A program made the translations under genes and the position numbers. Source: Zancudomyces culisetae HAW-14-8 (taxonomy: Eukaryota > Fungi > Kickxellomycota). Taken from it: a stretch of DNA of 64,000 nt. The notes below the pieces were generated by a model that saw only the letters and a program-made list of their open reading frames with translations, was not told the DNA's origin and ran no database searches. Below are positions 37,979 to 49,498 of this stretch, piece after piece. Position 1 is the first letter of the stretch. The number at the start of each line of letters is the position of its first letter. The stretch lies in NCBI GenBank assembly GCA_052426225.1, contig JBNJNM010000011.1, forward strand, positions 1,798,001 through 1,862,000, written 5' to 3'.

Positions 37979-38640
37979 CTTGCCTGCTTTTCTCTTGGGT
38001 TTTACTCTATATTTCTTTTCTGAATTTCAAATCTTCTGCCTTCCCTTCTACACGATTTTCACTATTTTTTCCAGCTTTCCTAGCCAGCTTTTAACTATGC
38101 TTAAAATTTTTTTTATTTTATTGTTTTTAACTTTGCCTTTTGCATTTCTATTGGCTTTTTGATTTAATTGTCTTGTTTTTTTTTATCACCCTATTTCTGG
38201 CTCCTTCAAAAAAAAATTTTTTTTTTCCTCCAGCTTTTCTTTTTCCGACTTGCAGCTACTCTATATTTTTTGTATATCAATTGTTGAACATCACACCAAT
38301 CTCGAATATTTTAAAACTTTTTACACCTTCATTTGTTATTACCATAGCTTTATTTACAATATATCATATTTAATTGTCTTACAAAACACCTTTTAACTAC
38401 CCATCATTCTCATTACCTTTGTAACTTGAAATATACTACAAATAATAATACTTTTACAATTTGCTCAAAATTACTAAAAACAGTATAACCAAACAATATC
38501 AAACATCTTTTATAGACATCATCCACTCAGATAAATTAACGTACACTCTCCCCGCCTCCTCCTACGCTTCTGTTCCTATATTATTTCTCATTACTAGCTA
38601 CATTATTGTATTACCACTGTCCTATCCATTATGTTATCGC

Positions 38641-39765
38641 TCAGCAATTTCCAAATGAAGTAAATGGTAGTTTTGCTTTGAAATTCGCATCAAACACTCC
38701 AAAACTCTGCTCCAACTTGCTCGCTCCCTTTTTCCATTGCGCATCCTTTGCCTCAAAATAGAAATACTCTATTCCCTCCTTCTTGGCTCTGCACAAAAAT
38801 TTTTTGGCATAGTCCACTGCCTTTGACAAATTTCCCTGTTGGATTCCTGCGCTCCCTGCAGTTGGAAATCCGCTTTCTCCCACTCTTACTTTCTTTCCTT
38901 TGCCTACCTTTTTGGATACGTTACTTATTCTGGTGAACACGGCATTTATTGAATCAGCTATGCTTTTGAATTGAGGATCAAATACACTATACAAGTTTAT
39001 CTGCACCACATCACAGTTTTTAGCCAAATTCGCTGAAAATAATGCATCTGTCTCGGTAGTGTAAACAGGAATATTGCCTAATCCAGCGCTTTTTAGCTTG
39101 CTCCTGGATGCTGTTATCTTTTTGATAAGATCACTTTCACTCATGGATTTCTTAAACAGCTCCTCGTTTCCTACTGAAAGCCCTTTTACTATCTTACCCT
39201 CAGCGTCGTACTTTTTTACAATGTTGACAAAATCATTTAGTTCGGAGTTCATACGTGCGTCTCCGTTGCTTATCCATATGCCCGCATATACCTCCATATC
39301 AAGTTTGCCATTTTTAATCGCTTGCATCACAAACAAAAGTTGACTACAGTCAGTTGAGTATAACCTGATCCTCTTGGTTGCTGTAGAGACTGTTTTCAGA
39401 TTACTTGCGATTGTTGCAGCATCTGCACAATTTCCATCCACTTTGTATGGTGAAAAATTCAAGCCCCAAAACACTGAACTGGAGGTGGATGTTGTCGCTG
39501 TAATCTCTACATCATCATCACCAACCCCTCCACCTGAACTATCTTCATCATCCTCCTCAAAACCGATAAATTCGTATCCGTTTGGATATGCAACTCTGTT
39601 TGGATATGCAACTCTGTTGGGATATGCTTGTGGCATCACGACACCTTTCATCGAGCCTTTGCCAGTGTTTTTGTTTCTGAAGTTTCCGTTTCTATGTAGG
39701 GGTGGAGGTGCTGCGTTTATCAACGTCGTAGCTATTAATCCTAGTACTGTTATCTGGAAATGCAT
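38641..39765 (-). CDS. Secreted GH17 beta-1,3-glucanase/glucanosyltransferase (Bgl2/Scw/Btg-like)
   Basis: Signal peptide, GLNFSPY, IRLYSTDC, catalytic VGNEE and GESGFPT, YFYFEAKDAQWK, EQSFGVFD. Confidence 0.92.
   Translation of the reverse strand: MHFQITVLGLIATTLINAAPPPLHRNGNFRNKNTGKGSMKGVVMPQAYPNRVAYPNRVAYPNGYEFIGFEEDDEDSSGGGVGDDDVEITATTSTSSSVFWGLNFSPYKVDGNCADAATIASNLKTVSTATKRIRLYSTDCSQLLFVMQAIKNGKLDMEVYAGIWISNGDARMNSELNDFVNIVKKYDAEGKIVKGLSVGNEELFKKSMSESDLIKKITASRSKLKSAGLGNIPVYTTETDALFSANLAKNCDVVQINLYSVFDPQFKSIADSINAVFTRISNVSKKVGKGKKVRVGESGFPTAGSAGIQQGNLSKAVDYAKKFLCRAKKEGIEYFYFEAKDAQWKKGASKLEQSFGVFDANFKAKLPFTSFGNC
39580..39629 (-). repeat. 18-bp tandem repeat encoding (AYPNRV) x ~2.7 in the GH17 N-terminal extension
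   Basis: The plus-strand unit ggatatgcaactctgtt(t/g) is repeated. Confidence 0.85.
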
Positions 39766-41285
39766 ATTGGATTTATTGTGGTTCTTTTTTTAACTATTGA
39801 TAGTATTATTTTATTGATGCAGAATGTAATGGACTTGTAATGATGGGTTTATGCAATTTATTATTAATATCAATCAATCTGAATATTCTTGAGAGACAGT
39901 ATAAAGATTGATCTTTTTGTTTTTAAAGATGTTGTTGTTTTTTTGTTTTTTATCTCGATATTCTGCTTTTTTCAGAATATATATGTATTTGTATCCTATT
40001 ATTTAACAAGAATATTATTAAAAGTGAATACATTCTCTTATAGAAAATGGGTAGTGAATGGGAATCTTTTGATGTATTGAAACATATATTTACAAGGAAA
40101 AGTGTGATTTTTTTAAAAACTCTAAAGATATTCAATAGTATCACGTTTATTGAAGCATTACCTGTATATGTTAATTATCATGTGTTATAGCACTTAAATA
40201 AGTATAGAACTTATTGTAATTCGAATATCAAACCATGTCTCGACAATCTGTATCTTTTCACCTCCTTTAGAAAAAATACTTGCTTATATAATGATGCCTC
40301 TATGCTGTGCTGAAACGTATGTAAAACCAATCTAGTTCTTTTTTCTTCGATTGAAAGTGTATACAACCTGTAGTGTTTAAGTTAGCCGCATAAAAATACT
40401 ACATATATTTTTGTTGTTTATAATGTGGTCTTATGTGATGACTTTGAGAACTAGTAACTCAAAAAATGTTTTTTATGCAACTAAATTAGTGGTGTTATAT
40501 ACTTGCTTTCATTGTATAAGTCCTTATTGTTGTATACAGTATCCACTTTTCTAATCCACATTTATGGGTTGTTGGTTTGCACTAAACCCTTCTTAACTAG
40601 CATGAACGCTACCTTTCCAATTTTTTTAGAAATATTAACATAATCTGACTTTTAATTGTTTATTTTACTATTTTATTGCCCGCGTATATGTGTTCGATGT
40701 CCGATATAATCGCTATTGTTACCAGCATTATAACAATTATCATTAACAATGAGTTCTTTTTTGTTTTGAGCAAATAAACGCGATTTGTAATCCGCTGAGG
40801 CTTTGTTGCCTTTATTTTTACCCCAGCATCAATGAACCAACCAATGTTCAGTATGAACCCCGAAAAAAAAAGTCAAGTCAGCCTTGCAACAACGCCGCAA
40901 AAAGAATGCATGAACGCTATTTTTTTTTACTTCCATTTGCGGAATTGTCCTCCCCTAACCCCAGCTGTCTTTTTCGGCTATGTTTACGTTTTTTGTGCTA
41001 TAAGTGATTTCCTGAACGAGAGAAAGCGAGAAAGTGAGTATCACAATACAACGCCGAAAGAATAAATAAAATTTGGCTTCAGTTGTTTGACAACCCCCCC
41101 CCCCCCCTTTCCTCCTTTCTCCAAGTGCTAGATCTATTTTTTGGAGAAGATAAAGCTAGTAAATGGTTCCCCATGCTCAAAAATATAGGCAAAATTCATC
41201 TGAAAAACGTTTCTCATGCGCTCTCGCAAAACGGGTATTTAGAGATATTCTGATTTTTATATTCCCACAACTTGTAAGTGGTTTC

Positions 41286-41314
41286 ATCATCATCACCATC
41301 ACCATCACCATCAC
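41286..41314. repeat. (CAT/CAC)n trinucleotide microsatellite, intergenic
   Basis: catcatcatcaccatcaccatcaccatcac. Confidence 0.8.
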
Positions 41315-43763
41315 TATTTCCCTTATCCTTCTTGGCTTTTAAGAACTAGCGAATGTTAAAGAAGCAAACAGAAAGTAAAAGAGAATCCAGTTCATTCATC
41401 CCGGAGAGTATTCCTATCAGTATCTCAGGGGGTTTTCTGATATTTCATCTGCATTTGACAACTATAAACTAGGTAATATGTTTAAAAAAAGGAATACCAA
41501 TTGAGTAGAATAAAAGTTAAAAGTACTGCTATCACGTTTTTCTTTCTAATATATTTTGAAAATTATAATCATCCACGTGAATGTAAACTAATAACGAATA
41601 GATCATGTGTAGAAAAAAAAGTAGTGCACGGAACTTAATAGAGTACACAGTGAAACTTGTTTGTTAATCACTTTAGCTTGTCTACCATCAACGACATTTT
41701 CGTAGATTCGTATCTACTAAATAGATGTGTAATCAAAAATAGAGCAAAAGGAATACATTTTCTCCTTTCTATCGTGGCGTGTATCTGTTTTATATTGGCG
41801 TTTATAATTTACTGTGTTACAGTTTCATTTAAACCGTCAGTACAATAGTGCTATAGCCCTTAAAATAGTACAAAAGATAGATGCTACCATCTGTAATGCA
41901 ACTACTCAATCAATTCGGCTGAGATTGTATTTTTTTTATTTTCACACCTTTCTGTCATAGATCAGTTTCCTAATTTAAAAATAGAAAAGGCTTTTATTAG
42001 GGCCATTAGAGTTGCTGGGTTTACAAAGTAGTAGTTGAATACGAATTTTGAGCCTCAATTGGCTATTTTTGCGATAAAGGTACAGCTAACGCATTATTTG
42101 CGAACCGCATATAACAAACTCATGCACAACAGCCTATTCCTTTGTGCAATTGGTCGATAACGAGCGTGTTCCTTGGTTTTGGTAGATTACCAAACCGCTT
42201 GGGATATGAACTCAACGCCAGTACCAGTACCAGAGTACCAATATCACGATCAGGTCCAGGTTTACTACTCTTTTCGAAAATACACTACAGAGATTTTAGG
42301 TCATGTTTCATCAGGCAAAATCATATCTTTTTGCTGAAACTCCGTTTTTAGCTCAGCTTACACTTGTCTTTATGGTTATATGGGTTTAAAATTAATCGGT
42401 TGCGATGTTTAGCTTTAATTTCAATCCACCTTTCACTTGTAAATGGGCCAATTGGTGTTGATCACAGTTGTAAATGCTATGAAAACGAAAATTAATTTAT
42501 GTGGGGAAGGGGCGAGAGAGAGACGAGTAGGAGGGGATACGTCATTCTTTGATATCTGTGTGTGTGATGTATAAAAGCTAGTAAACCGCCACAACAATTA
42601 CAAGAGAAATGGGGTATCTTTTAATTATTCAAACCATTTCAAATGTAATTGCTAATCAGTAGAGAAGAATGGTGATGTTTTGTTTATCGATATCTTGTGC
42701 ATATTTGAGTGTTATGTTATTGCTAAGACAGAATTATACTATCTTTCCTCCCAACATTCTCTATTTTTCAACCCTTGTGACAAAAAAAAGCCCAAAACTT
42801 TTGTACTGTTTCTTCATTATATTATATTTCCTTAGATTATACAGATTCTTTAAAAGTGCGGGAAAAAAACATATGTTCGTAAATGAGTCTTGATAATTAC
42901 ATCCATATTATGCTTTGGACTCATCCTGTATGTGTTCCTAGAACACGTAACACTGTGCAACTTGTTCAAGTACGAAGACATGTTAAATTGGATAATCTTC
43001 ATTTGTTGCTATTACCTAGTAGGTAGACAAAAAACCTCAAATGAAAAACTTACATGTACAAATTACGCATTTCCATTAAAATTGTGGTGAATGTAGCAGA
43101 AATAGGGGGGAAAGCAAACTCGCACAGCATTTGCTCTTGTTCTTCCCAATGAACATAGTACACGAAATAGTTTATGGCCGAAAAACTCCTCACCTTCCTT
43201 CCCTCCCCTTTCCCTTCCCACAACAAAGTAGTTTATGCACCACAACAAGAGAATGAAAAATTGCAAGACAAATAAAAAGCGATTTTCTCCATAGATGCCG
43301 CAGTCATTCTGGTCGATACATTTTTTTTAGCTCGTTTATTTTTAACACTTTTTTTCTCCCTTCGTCTCCCAATGAATGGCAAAAGAAAATCGTGTGAAAT
43401 AGAAAATTAAACTCAGTACATTATAATAGAGAAAAATCAAAATAATCTGGAATATAGACACAAAGCATATGGAAAATTGAACTGGCTTAATGAATCAAAA
43501 GTGTTTAAAATAGTTTTCTTTAGCTCCTAAAGCCACAATAAACGGTTTTTAAATATCATACTTCCAGAAACGCTTGAGTGTATGTCTCACTGTTATACCC
43601 ATCCGAGTGGTGAATGTAAAGACAGATCTGTGAGAGGGCTAACAAGATTACTCAACGCGCAATTTTAAAGAGTTCAAAAACTTTTAAAAAAAACTTTTAA
43701 AAGAACGAAGGAAATAAAAAAAAGAAAAGATCATAGAATAGAAGGCAAAAAAAAAGTGTCGAG

Positions 43764-46700
43764 ATGGCAAAAAACAAGGGAGGGCGCTCGAAAGAGGTCG
43801 CAAACAAAAAAGCCTCTGTTTCAGTAAATAAAATAACAGCAGAAGAAGGAAGAAATGTCAAGGGAATGCTATGCAGATTGTTTACGCGGATGCTAATAGG
43901 TTACATAATTTACGCAGCAGTTTTTAAATGTTACAGGGGAATACCTGATCCTGTATGTGAGATAGGAAAAAGGACGGAAGCACTGGTCATCAGACCGGGA
44001 GTTGAATGTCTCAAGGATTCATGGATTGGAAAGGAGACCAGGGAATTGTACTCTGGGTACGGGAAGCCTGTAGTTGATAAGTATGTTAATCCAGCGGTTA
44101 AAAAGGGCGTAAAGGTGTACAAAACCAAGGTTGCACCTGTGATAGCTAGAAATACATTTATTATAGTCAACGAAATTGATGAACGGAGCTATCTCATCAG
44201 AAAAGGACTATACAAGACCTACTATCTAAACATAAAGCCGCATACTGACAAAGTGGTAAACCCCGTATATGAATTCTATGGAGATAACATCAAACCACAC
44301 CTCGAAAAGGTAGCTGATAACACAATAAAACCTCTAAAGGAGAAAGTAGTGCCGGAGGCCTGTAGGCTGATGAAAGAAAAAGTGATGCCGTTTTACAACG
44401 ACCAAGTGGTTCGTCGGTGGGAAACAGAAGCAAAGCCACGCATAATCAAGGGAAGCAAATGTGCGATCAAATACACAAAGGAGAGCCTAATACCAAACAC
44501 AAGAAAATGTGCAGGTGTATTCTTGGACAAAGCTGAAGAATCAGTAATAAACATTGTCATCCCGGCATGCAACCGTGCTTCTGCTGCTGCTGGGAATTGG
44601 GCAGACAAAAATGTAAACCCAGTATTACAGGAGTTTTACAACAGATATTTGCGTGAATCTATGTCAAAGATGCCATATTTGGAACATGTCAATGTTGCTA
44701 CTCAAAATGTAAAGAAGGATCTTGCAACTCTGTGCAGAATAGTATCAAACGGAAGTATCAAGGTTTATTACACTACATATGAGTTTATCACGGGAAAAGA
44801 ACACAAAGTACTGTCGCAAGGAAGAAAAATAACTGATAATGTGGTTGAACCAACTGCTGCTGCACCCAAGAAAGAAGAGGATAAGAAAGAGAGAACCATA
44901 CGAAAGGGTGCAAACATATATGATATTAAAGATAATAAAGTATTTGATGATTTGCGAAAGGGGGTTGCCGAGGGTGGGGAAAAAATCGCCGAGCATCTCA
45001 AAGAAGCAGGTGGGTGGTTGATGGACCAGGCGGATAAATACTACAAAAAAGTGAAGGATACTGGTGTCAAGGAAACAGAGGATTTGAGCGTTTACGAAAC
45101 GACAGAGGCATCAACTGCTCAGAAATTGGACGTTGATATTGAAGAAATCACCTCAAAAATTGAGGAGGATGAGGATACAAGCATTTCGGAACCCAGAGAG
45201 GAGGCTGAAGCCGAGGAGAATATTCCCCCAACGCATATTGAACATGAAGAGGATTTAGGACAGCAAGTGGTCTCCATCCAGACTCAAAACGTAGTGGAAA
45301 TGGAAAATGTTATACCTGGGGACTCACAAGTACCTGAACCAAGCATCGCCAGTGAAGAAGAGCCTATTCCTGAGCCTAGTCCTGAAGAAATCCCAGAAGA
45401 CATTCCGGAAGATATTAAAATCAAAACAAATCAAAGGCAAGTTGTTTTAGAAATCCCAGAGGAAGTGGAAGAAGAGAAGAAGGAAGAAGAGGAAAAGAAG
45501 GTAGAAGATGAAAAGAAGGTAGAAGAGGAAAAGAAGGTAGAAGAGGAAAAGGTAGAAGAAAAACGTGATGTTGCTCCAGAGAAAGGAGAGGAGAAATCAC
45601 ACGAGGCTATGACCAATGCCCCAGCAACAGTTCCCACCATGCAATCGCCTGTTTGTATGGAATCAGAGTCAGACTTTGCGATAAACAAGCCAGCCGCGTC
45701 GGTAGTAGAACCAGAAAAAGAAACTGATGGATTGCTTCCACCTCCTCCTGTTGTACAGCTTATCACTGGAGAGCTTGAGGTTCCTCAGGTTACAAATGAA
45801 GCATCTGTCAAAGAACATAGCGAACAAGTCGGAGAACAATCAGAAAAATTCGATGCTGAGTCTCAGCCAAACGAGGTACATACACCTGACACTCCTCAGG
45901 AAGTATCCAATGCTGTAGCTGAAAAACCACCAGCTGAATTAATCACTCAAGATGATACCAATTCCGAAATACAAGAGGCTAATACACTAGTAAATCCTCA
46001 AGTCCATGTAGAGTCAGAACCACAAGAACAAGAACAAGAACAACAGCCACAGCCAGAGTCAGAGCAAGGAGCTGGTGACTCTTACGAGCACTCCGCCAAA
46101 TTTGACGAAAACCAACAGCTTAAAGACAATTCGCAGATGCTGGAAACCAAAATCAACGAGATTTTACAGAAAAAGCATTCAGGATTAGAGGAAGACCTTA
46201 ACGAGGCCAAAAAGGCGGCATCAGACTGGGTCAAAGGTGCCAGAGAGTCTATATCTAAAGAAATCGAAGAAATCCGTAAGGCCAAAGATGGTGCTGAAGA
46301 TTTCGCAGAAGAACAAGGACAGCAGAATGAACAGCAGAATGAACAACAGGATGAACAACAGGATGAACAACAGGATGAACAACAGGATGAACAACAGAAC
46401 GAACAACAGAACGAACAACAGAACGAACAACAGGATGAACAACAGCATGAACATGGGTATCCTATGGATCTAAAAGACATTTTCACTCCTGAGATGGATT
46501 CAGTACCTCAAAATGATTTGGCTGCTGAAAAGGATCATCCAGAACCAAACAACGCTCATGAGTCTGCCCCCGAACCTGAAGTTGATCCTAAAGTAGACCC
46601 CAATGAAAACAACCAGCAAGACCAATACCCACCTGCCTCTCCTGAAACAGACAACCAACCACCTATCTTCAACGAAAATATCTTTAAACCTGAAGCTGCT

Positions 46701-46835
46701 CCTGCTTCTGCTCCCCAAGTCGATTCTCCTGTTGTCGAGAACCCACCAGCACCTGAAGCCCCCGAGTCTTCAGAGCAATCTTCTCGAAAGTTCAAAGTCG
46801 TAAAGAGACCAAAGAAGGTTCAAACTGAGCAATAA
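43764..46835 (+). CDS. Type II membrane protein, She10-like N-terminus, amphipathic helical repeats and acidic low-complexity tail
   Basis: Basic N-terminus, single TM ending AVFKC..PDPVC (as recalled for the fungal She10-like family), repeated Y/V..(V/I)KP helices, E/Q/P-rich C-terminus. Confidence 0.5.
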   Translation: MAKNKGGRSKEVANKKASVSVNKITAEEGRNVKGMLCRLFTRMLIGYIIYAAVFKCYRGIPDPVCEIGKRTEALVIRPGVECLKDSWIGKETRELYSGYGKPVVDKYVNPAVKKGVKVYKTKVAPVIARNTFIIVNEIDERSYLIRKGLYKTYYLNIKPHTDKVVNPVYEFYGDNIKPHLEKVADNTIKPLKEKVVPEACRLMKEKVMPFYNDQVVRRWETEAKPRIIKGSKCAIKYTKESLIPNTRKCAGVFLDKAEESVINIVIPACNRASAAAGNWADKNVNPVLQEFYNRYLRESMSKMPYLEHVNVATQNVKKDLATLCRIVSNGSIKVYYTTYEFITGKEHKVLSQGRKITDNVVEPTAAAPKKEEDKKERTIRKGANIYDIKDNKVFDDLRKGVAEGGEKIAEHLKEAGGWLMDQADKYYKKVKDTGVKETEDLSVYETTEASTAQKLDVDIEEITSKIEEDEDTSISEPREEAEAEENIPPTHIEHEEDLGQQVVSIQTQNVVEMENVIPGDSQVPEPSIASEEEPIPEPSPEEIPEDIPEDIKIKTNQRQVVLEIPEEVEEEKKEEEEKKVEDEKKVEEEKKVEEEKVEEKRDVAPEKGEEKSHEAMTNAPATVPTMQSPVCMESESDFAINKPAASVVEPEKETDGLLPPPPVVQLITGELEVPQVTNEASVKEHSEQVGEQSEKFDAESQPNEVHTPDTPQEVSNAVAEKPPAELITQDDTNSEIQEANTLVNPQVHVESEPQEQEQEQQPQPESEQGAGDSYEHSAKFDENQQLKDNSQMLETKINEILQKKHSGLEEDLNEAKKAASDWVKGARESISKEIEEIRKAKDGAEDFAEEQGQQNEQQNEQQDEQQDEQQDEQQDEQQNEQQNEQQNEQQDEQQHEHGYPMDLKDIFTPEMDSVPQNDLAAEKDHPEPNNAHESAPEPEVDPKVDPNENNQQDQYPPASPETDNQPPIFNENIFKPEAAPASAPQVDSPVVENPPAPEAPESSEQSSRKFKVVKRPKKVQTEQ
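45490..45561 (+). repeat. 18-bp coding repeat (EKKVEE)n
   Basis: gaaaagaaggtagaaga(g/t) x ~4. Confidence 0.8.
46319..46453 (+). repeat. 12-bp coding minisatellite (EQQN/EQQD) x ~11
   Basis: Blocks of gaacaacaggat and gaacaacagaac. Confidence 0.9.
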
Positions 46836-47047
46836 TAATCTCAACCTTGTGTTTTTCTACACATATTACTACTGTCATCCACTATGTTTTACTTCTTTCT
46901 TCTTGGTTTCTTCATCAACTCTTTCCCCAGTAGGTTTAGATTAATGCTTCTGAACGAAACCATTTTATTTTGGTAATATTTTTTTTAATTTTTTAGTATT
47001 CATTCTTATGTATTAAACACAAACCAGAAAAAATAAATAAATACTGC

Positions 47048-48499
47048 TTAAACGTTTACTTCGGATGTAAAAGTTTTGCCCAAAAGCTCGGAATATGGCT
47101 CAAGTGCCTTATCGACTTCATTCTTGATGAAGGACTCAACTTGTTGTGGAGCTCTGCCGATAAATGTTGAGGAGTCCAAAAGTCTCTCCAGCTCACCGAG
47201 TACGGGTGTAAAGTAGGGCTCGTTGCGGATTCTCTCAATTAGGTCGTTGTCCTTACCTTCGATCTTGACCATACTTGCAGCTTGATGAGAAAGAACGCGG
47301 ATATACTCGTGACATTCTTGACGGCTAGCACCCTTTGCCACCATTGCCATAATAATGTTCTCAGTAGCCATAAATGGCAACTCCATGCTTATTCTCTTGG
47401 AAATAACTTTTTCGTATACAACCATGCCCGAAAAGATGTTGTGTAGAGTTGAAAGCACGATGTCTGCTGTCAAAAATGCCTCTGGGATGGTGACTCTGCG
47501 GATGGCCGAGTCATCGAGTGTTCGTTCTAACCATTGGGTAGCAGTGGTGTTCAAAGCATTTGATATGAGGGTGATCAAGTGGCGTGAAAGGGAGCATATG
47601 CGCTCTGAGCGCATTGGGTTTCTCTTGTATGCCATTGCAGAGCTTCCTATTTGGTCCTTTTCAAAGGGCTCTTCTATCTCCTTCAAGCTGGCAAGCAGTC
47701 TGATGTCGGTTGCTATCTTGTGTGCAGAACTGGCAAATGATGAAAGTGGTGCTATAACTTCGTTGTCTAGTTTTCGGGTGTATGTTTGTCCAGTGACTGG
47801 AAGTGCCTTTTCAAATCCAGAAAGTTTAGTTACCAGTTCATCAAGCTGTTCAACTTTTTCATGGTTTCCGTTAAACAGAGTCAAGAAACTTGCCTGTGTG
47901 CCTGTTGTTCCCTTAACACCTCTGAACATCAGGTCGTCCCTGGCACGCTGGAGGTTTCTCAAGTCAATCATCAAGTCCAACAGCCACAAACTAGCTCTTT
48001 TTCCCACAGTTGTCAACTGTGCTGGCTGGAAATGTGTAAAACCCAGAGTTGGAAGACCCTTGTACTTGAGACAAAACTGCTTCAACGCATCAATCACATG
48101 CACGAGCTTGTTTATCAAAAGCTCGAGCCCTTTTCTCATAATCATCAGATCTGCGTTATCAGTTACATAGCAGCTTGTTGCCCCCAAGTGGATTATTTTG
48201 GCAGCCTTTGGTGCCACAACTCCAAAACCATGTACATGTGCCATTACATCGTGTCTTCTCTTTTTCTCCTCCTCATTGATCAGCTCATAATCTATATTGT
48301 AAATATTTTCTCTCATTTGCTCAATTGCCTCGTCACTAATTCCCTCAAGACCCAGCTGTCTCTCGGCAATTGCCAGATTCATCCATAGTGTCCTCCAGGT
48401 GGCGTATCTCGTATTTGGTGAGAACAACGCTGCCATCTCTTTTGATGCATATCTAGATACCAAGGGACTAGAGTATACGCTGTTCTTATCCTGATCCAT
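47048..48499 (-). CDS. ADE13: Adenylosuccinate lyase
   Basis: [30 protein letters not shown], fumarate-lyase signature [11 protein letters not shown]. Confidence 0.98.
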   Translation of the reverse strand: MDQDKNSVYSSPLVSRYASKEMAALFSPNTRYATWRTLWMNLAIAERQLGLEGISDEAIEQMRENIYNIDYELINEEEKKRRHDVMAHVHGFGVVAPKAAKIIHLGATSCYVTDNADLMIMRKGLELLINKLVHVIDALKQFCLKYKGLPTLGFTHFQPAQLTTVGKRASLWLLDLMIDLRNLQRARDDLMFRGVKGTTGTQASFLTLFNGNHEKVEQLDELVTKLSGFEKALPVTGQTYTRKLDNEVIAPLSSFASSAHKIATDIRLLASLKEIEEPFEKDQIGSSAMAYKRNPMRSERICSLSRHLITLISNALNTTATQWLERTLDDSAIRRVTIPEAFLTADIVLSTLHNIFSGMVVYEKVISKRISMELPFMATENIIMAMVAKGASRQECHEYIRVLSHQAASMVKIEGKDNDLIERIRNEPYFTPVLGELERLLDSSTFIGRAPQQVESFIKNEVDKALEPYSELLGKTFTSEVNV

Positions 48500-49061
48500 T
48501 TTGCGAGTTGAGTTATCTAAAATTTTCTTTTCTGTTGCCTTTGGCTCCTGTGTTTTAAACCGTCTGTAATATGGACTTATTTATTTTAATATACAGAAAA
48601 AAATAAATCCCTAAAAGGTGGTGAAGTTACGAGACAGGAGATAAAATAATTACGAGTATCTTGTTCTGGATTGATTCACGCAAGCAACCAACACCTGGAA
48701 TTTTTGCTCATTTGGTTCAGCAAAGCTACCAATTATCAAGGGGTGATCACACCTGATAAAAAAAATATAAAATTTTTTTTTTGAATCAGTTGTCTTTAAT
48801 AGGCCAAGTAAATTAAAAATCACTATCAATTTGATATGCTCCACTATTCTTTTTGTTTGACTCGCAAAATAAAAATAAAAATAAAACAGAAGGCAAAGAT
48901 TAAGCATTCATCCGTGAGTGGCTAATGATGTAATTGGGAGGCTGATAGATTTATATCGATTTTTGAGCATGGCTCTCCTTTTTTTTTTTACAAAATGATG
49001 GTGCTACCACACGATAAATGTGCATCGTTAAGGGTGGAGGTGAGGGGGCGCTTGCTAGTGC

Positions 49062-49420
49062 AAAAAAAAAAAATGAAGAGGGGGAGTGAGAAATTACACT
49101 CAACAGATTGCACAGTTGCAAGGCACCATACTCCTTCGATACCATTAATCCTCACCACACTCGTCTAAATTTGTCGGCTAGAGCGAGTGGTAAGCATATT
49201 GACGTCCTTATGTGATGGTATTACACTATCGGCATGAGTCAGCTTCTTTTTTTAGATCAAGTAAACACCAGCAGCAGCAAGTCAGGCTGATTTATTTTAT
49301 AACCAAGACGACTATGTCGGAATAGAGTGCTAACATCTGGTTCTTACTGTCGTTGCAATGACAGATCTAAGATCCGTTGATTCGTAAAAGATAGTATACC
49401 AATAACCACTGGTGACATCA
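49062..49420 (+). ncRNA. Candidate large box H/ACA-type structured RNA
   Basis: Multi-stem 5' domain, ANANNA box (AGATCA, 49254-49259), 3' domain closed by CACCAG/CTGGTG and followed by ACA (49415-49417). G-U pairs favour the plus strand. Confidence 0.4.
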
Positions 49421-49498
49421 AAAATTACTTTAAAATTTTATTTAATAATGTTATATATCAAACAAAAGTGTTTAAATTTCAACAAGGACATAAAAGGT

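Noticed and set aside
38490-38646. GH17 ends Cys-TGA and an ATGA..AAA..TGAT motif lies downstream; possible selenoprotein/SECIS, since some early-diverging fungi use Sec
   Set aside because: The stem between the putative core and AAA is only ~5-7 nt (SECIS needs ~11-12), and a near-terminal Cys is normal in fungal GH17 proteins.
46319-46453. Regular repeat array resembling CRISPR
   Set aside because: Spacer-less in-frame coding minisatellite in a eukaryotic gene.
47355-48388. 271-aa and 200-aa plus-strand ORFs
   Set aside because: Antisense shadows of ADE13 with no recognisable motifs.
48690-48730. AATTTTTG Sm-site-like sequence in the ADE13 promoter
   Set aside because: No U1/U2/U4/U5 hallmark sequences; the motif is common in AT-rich DNA.
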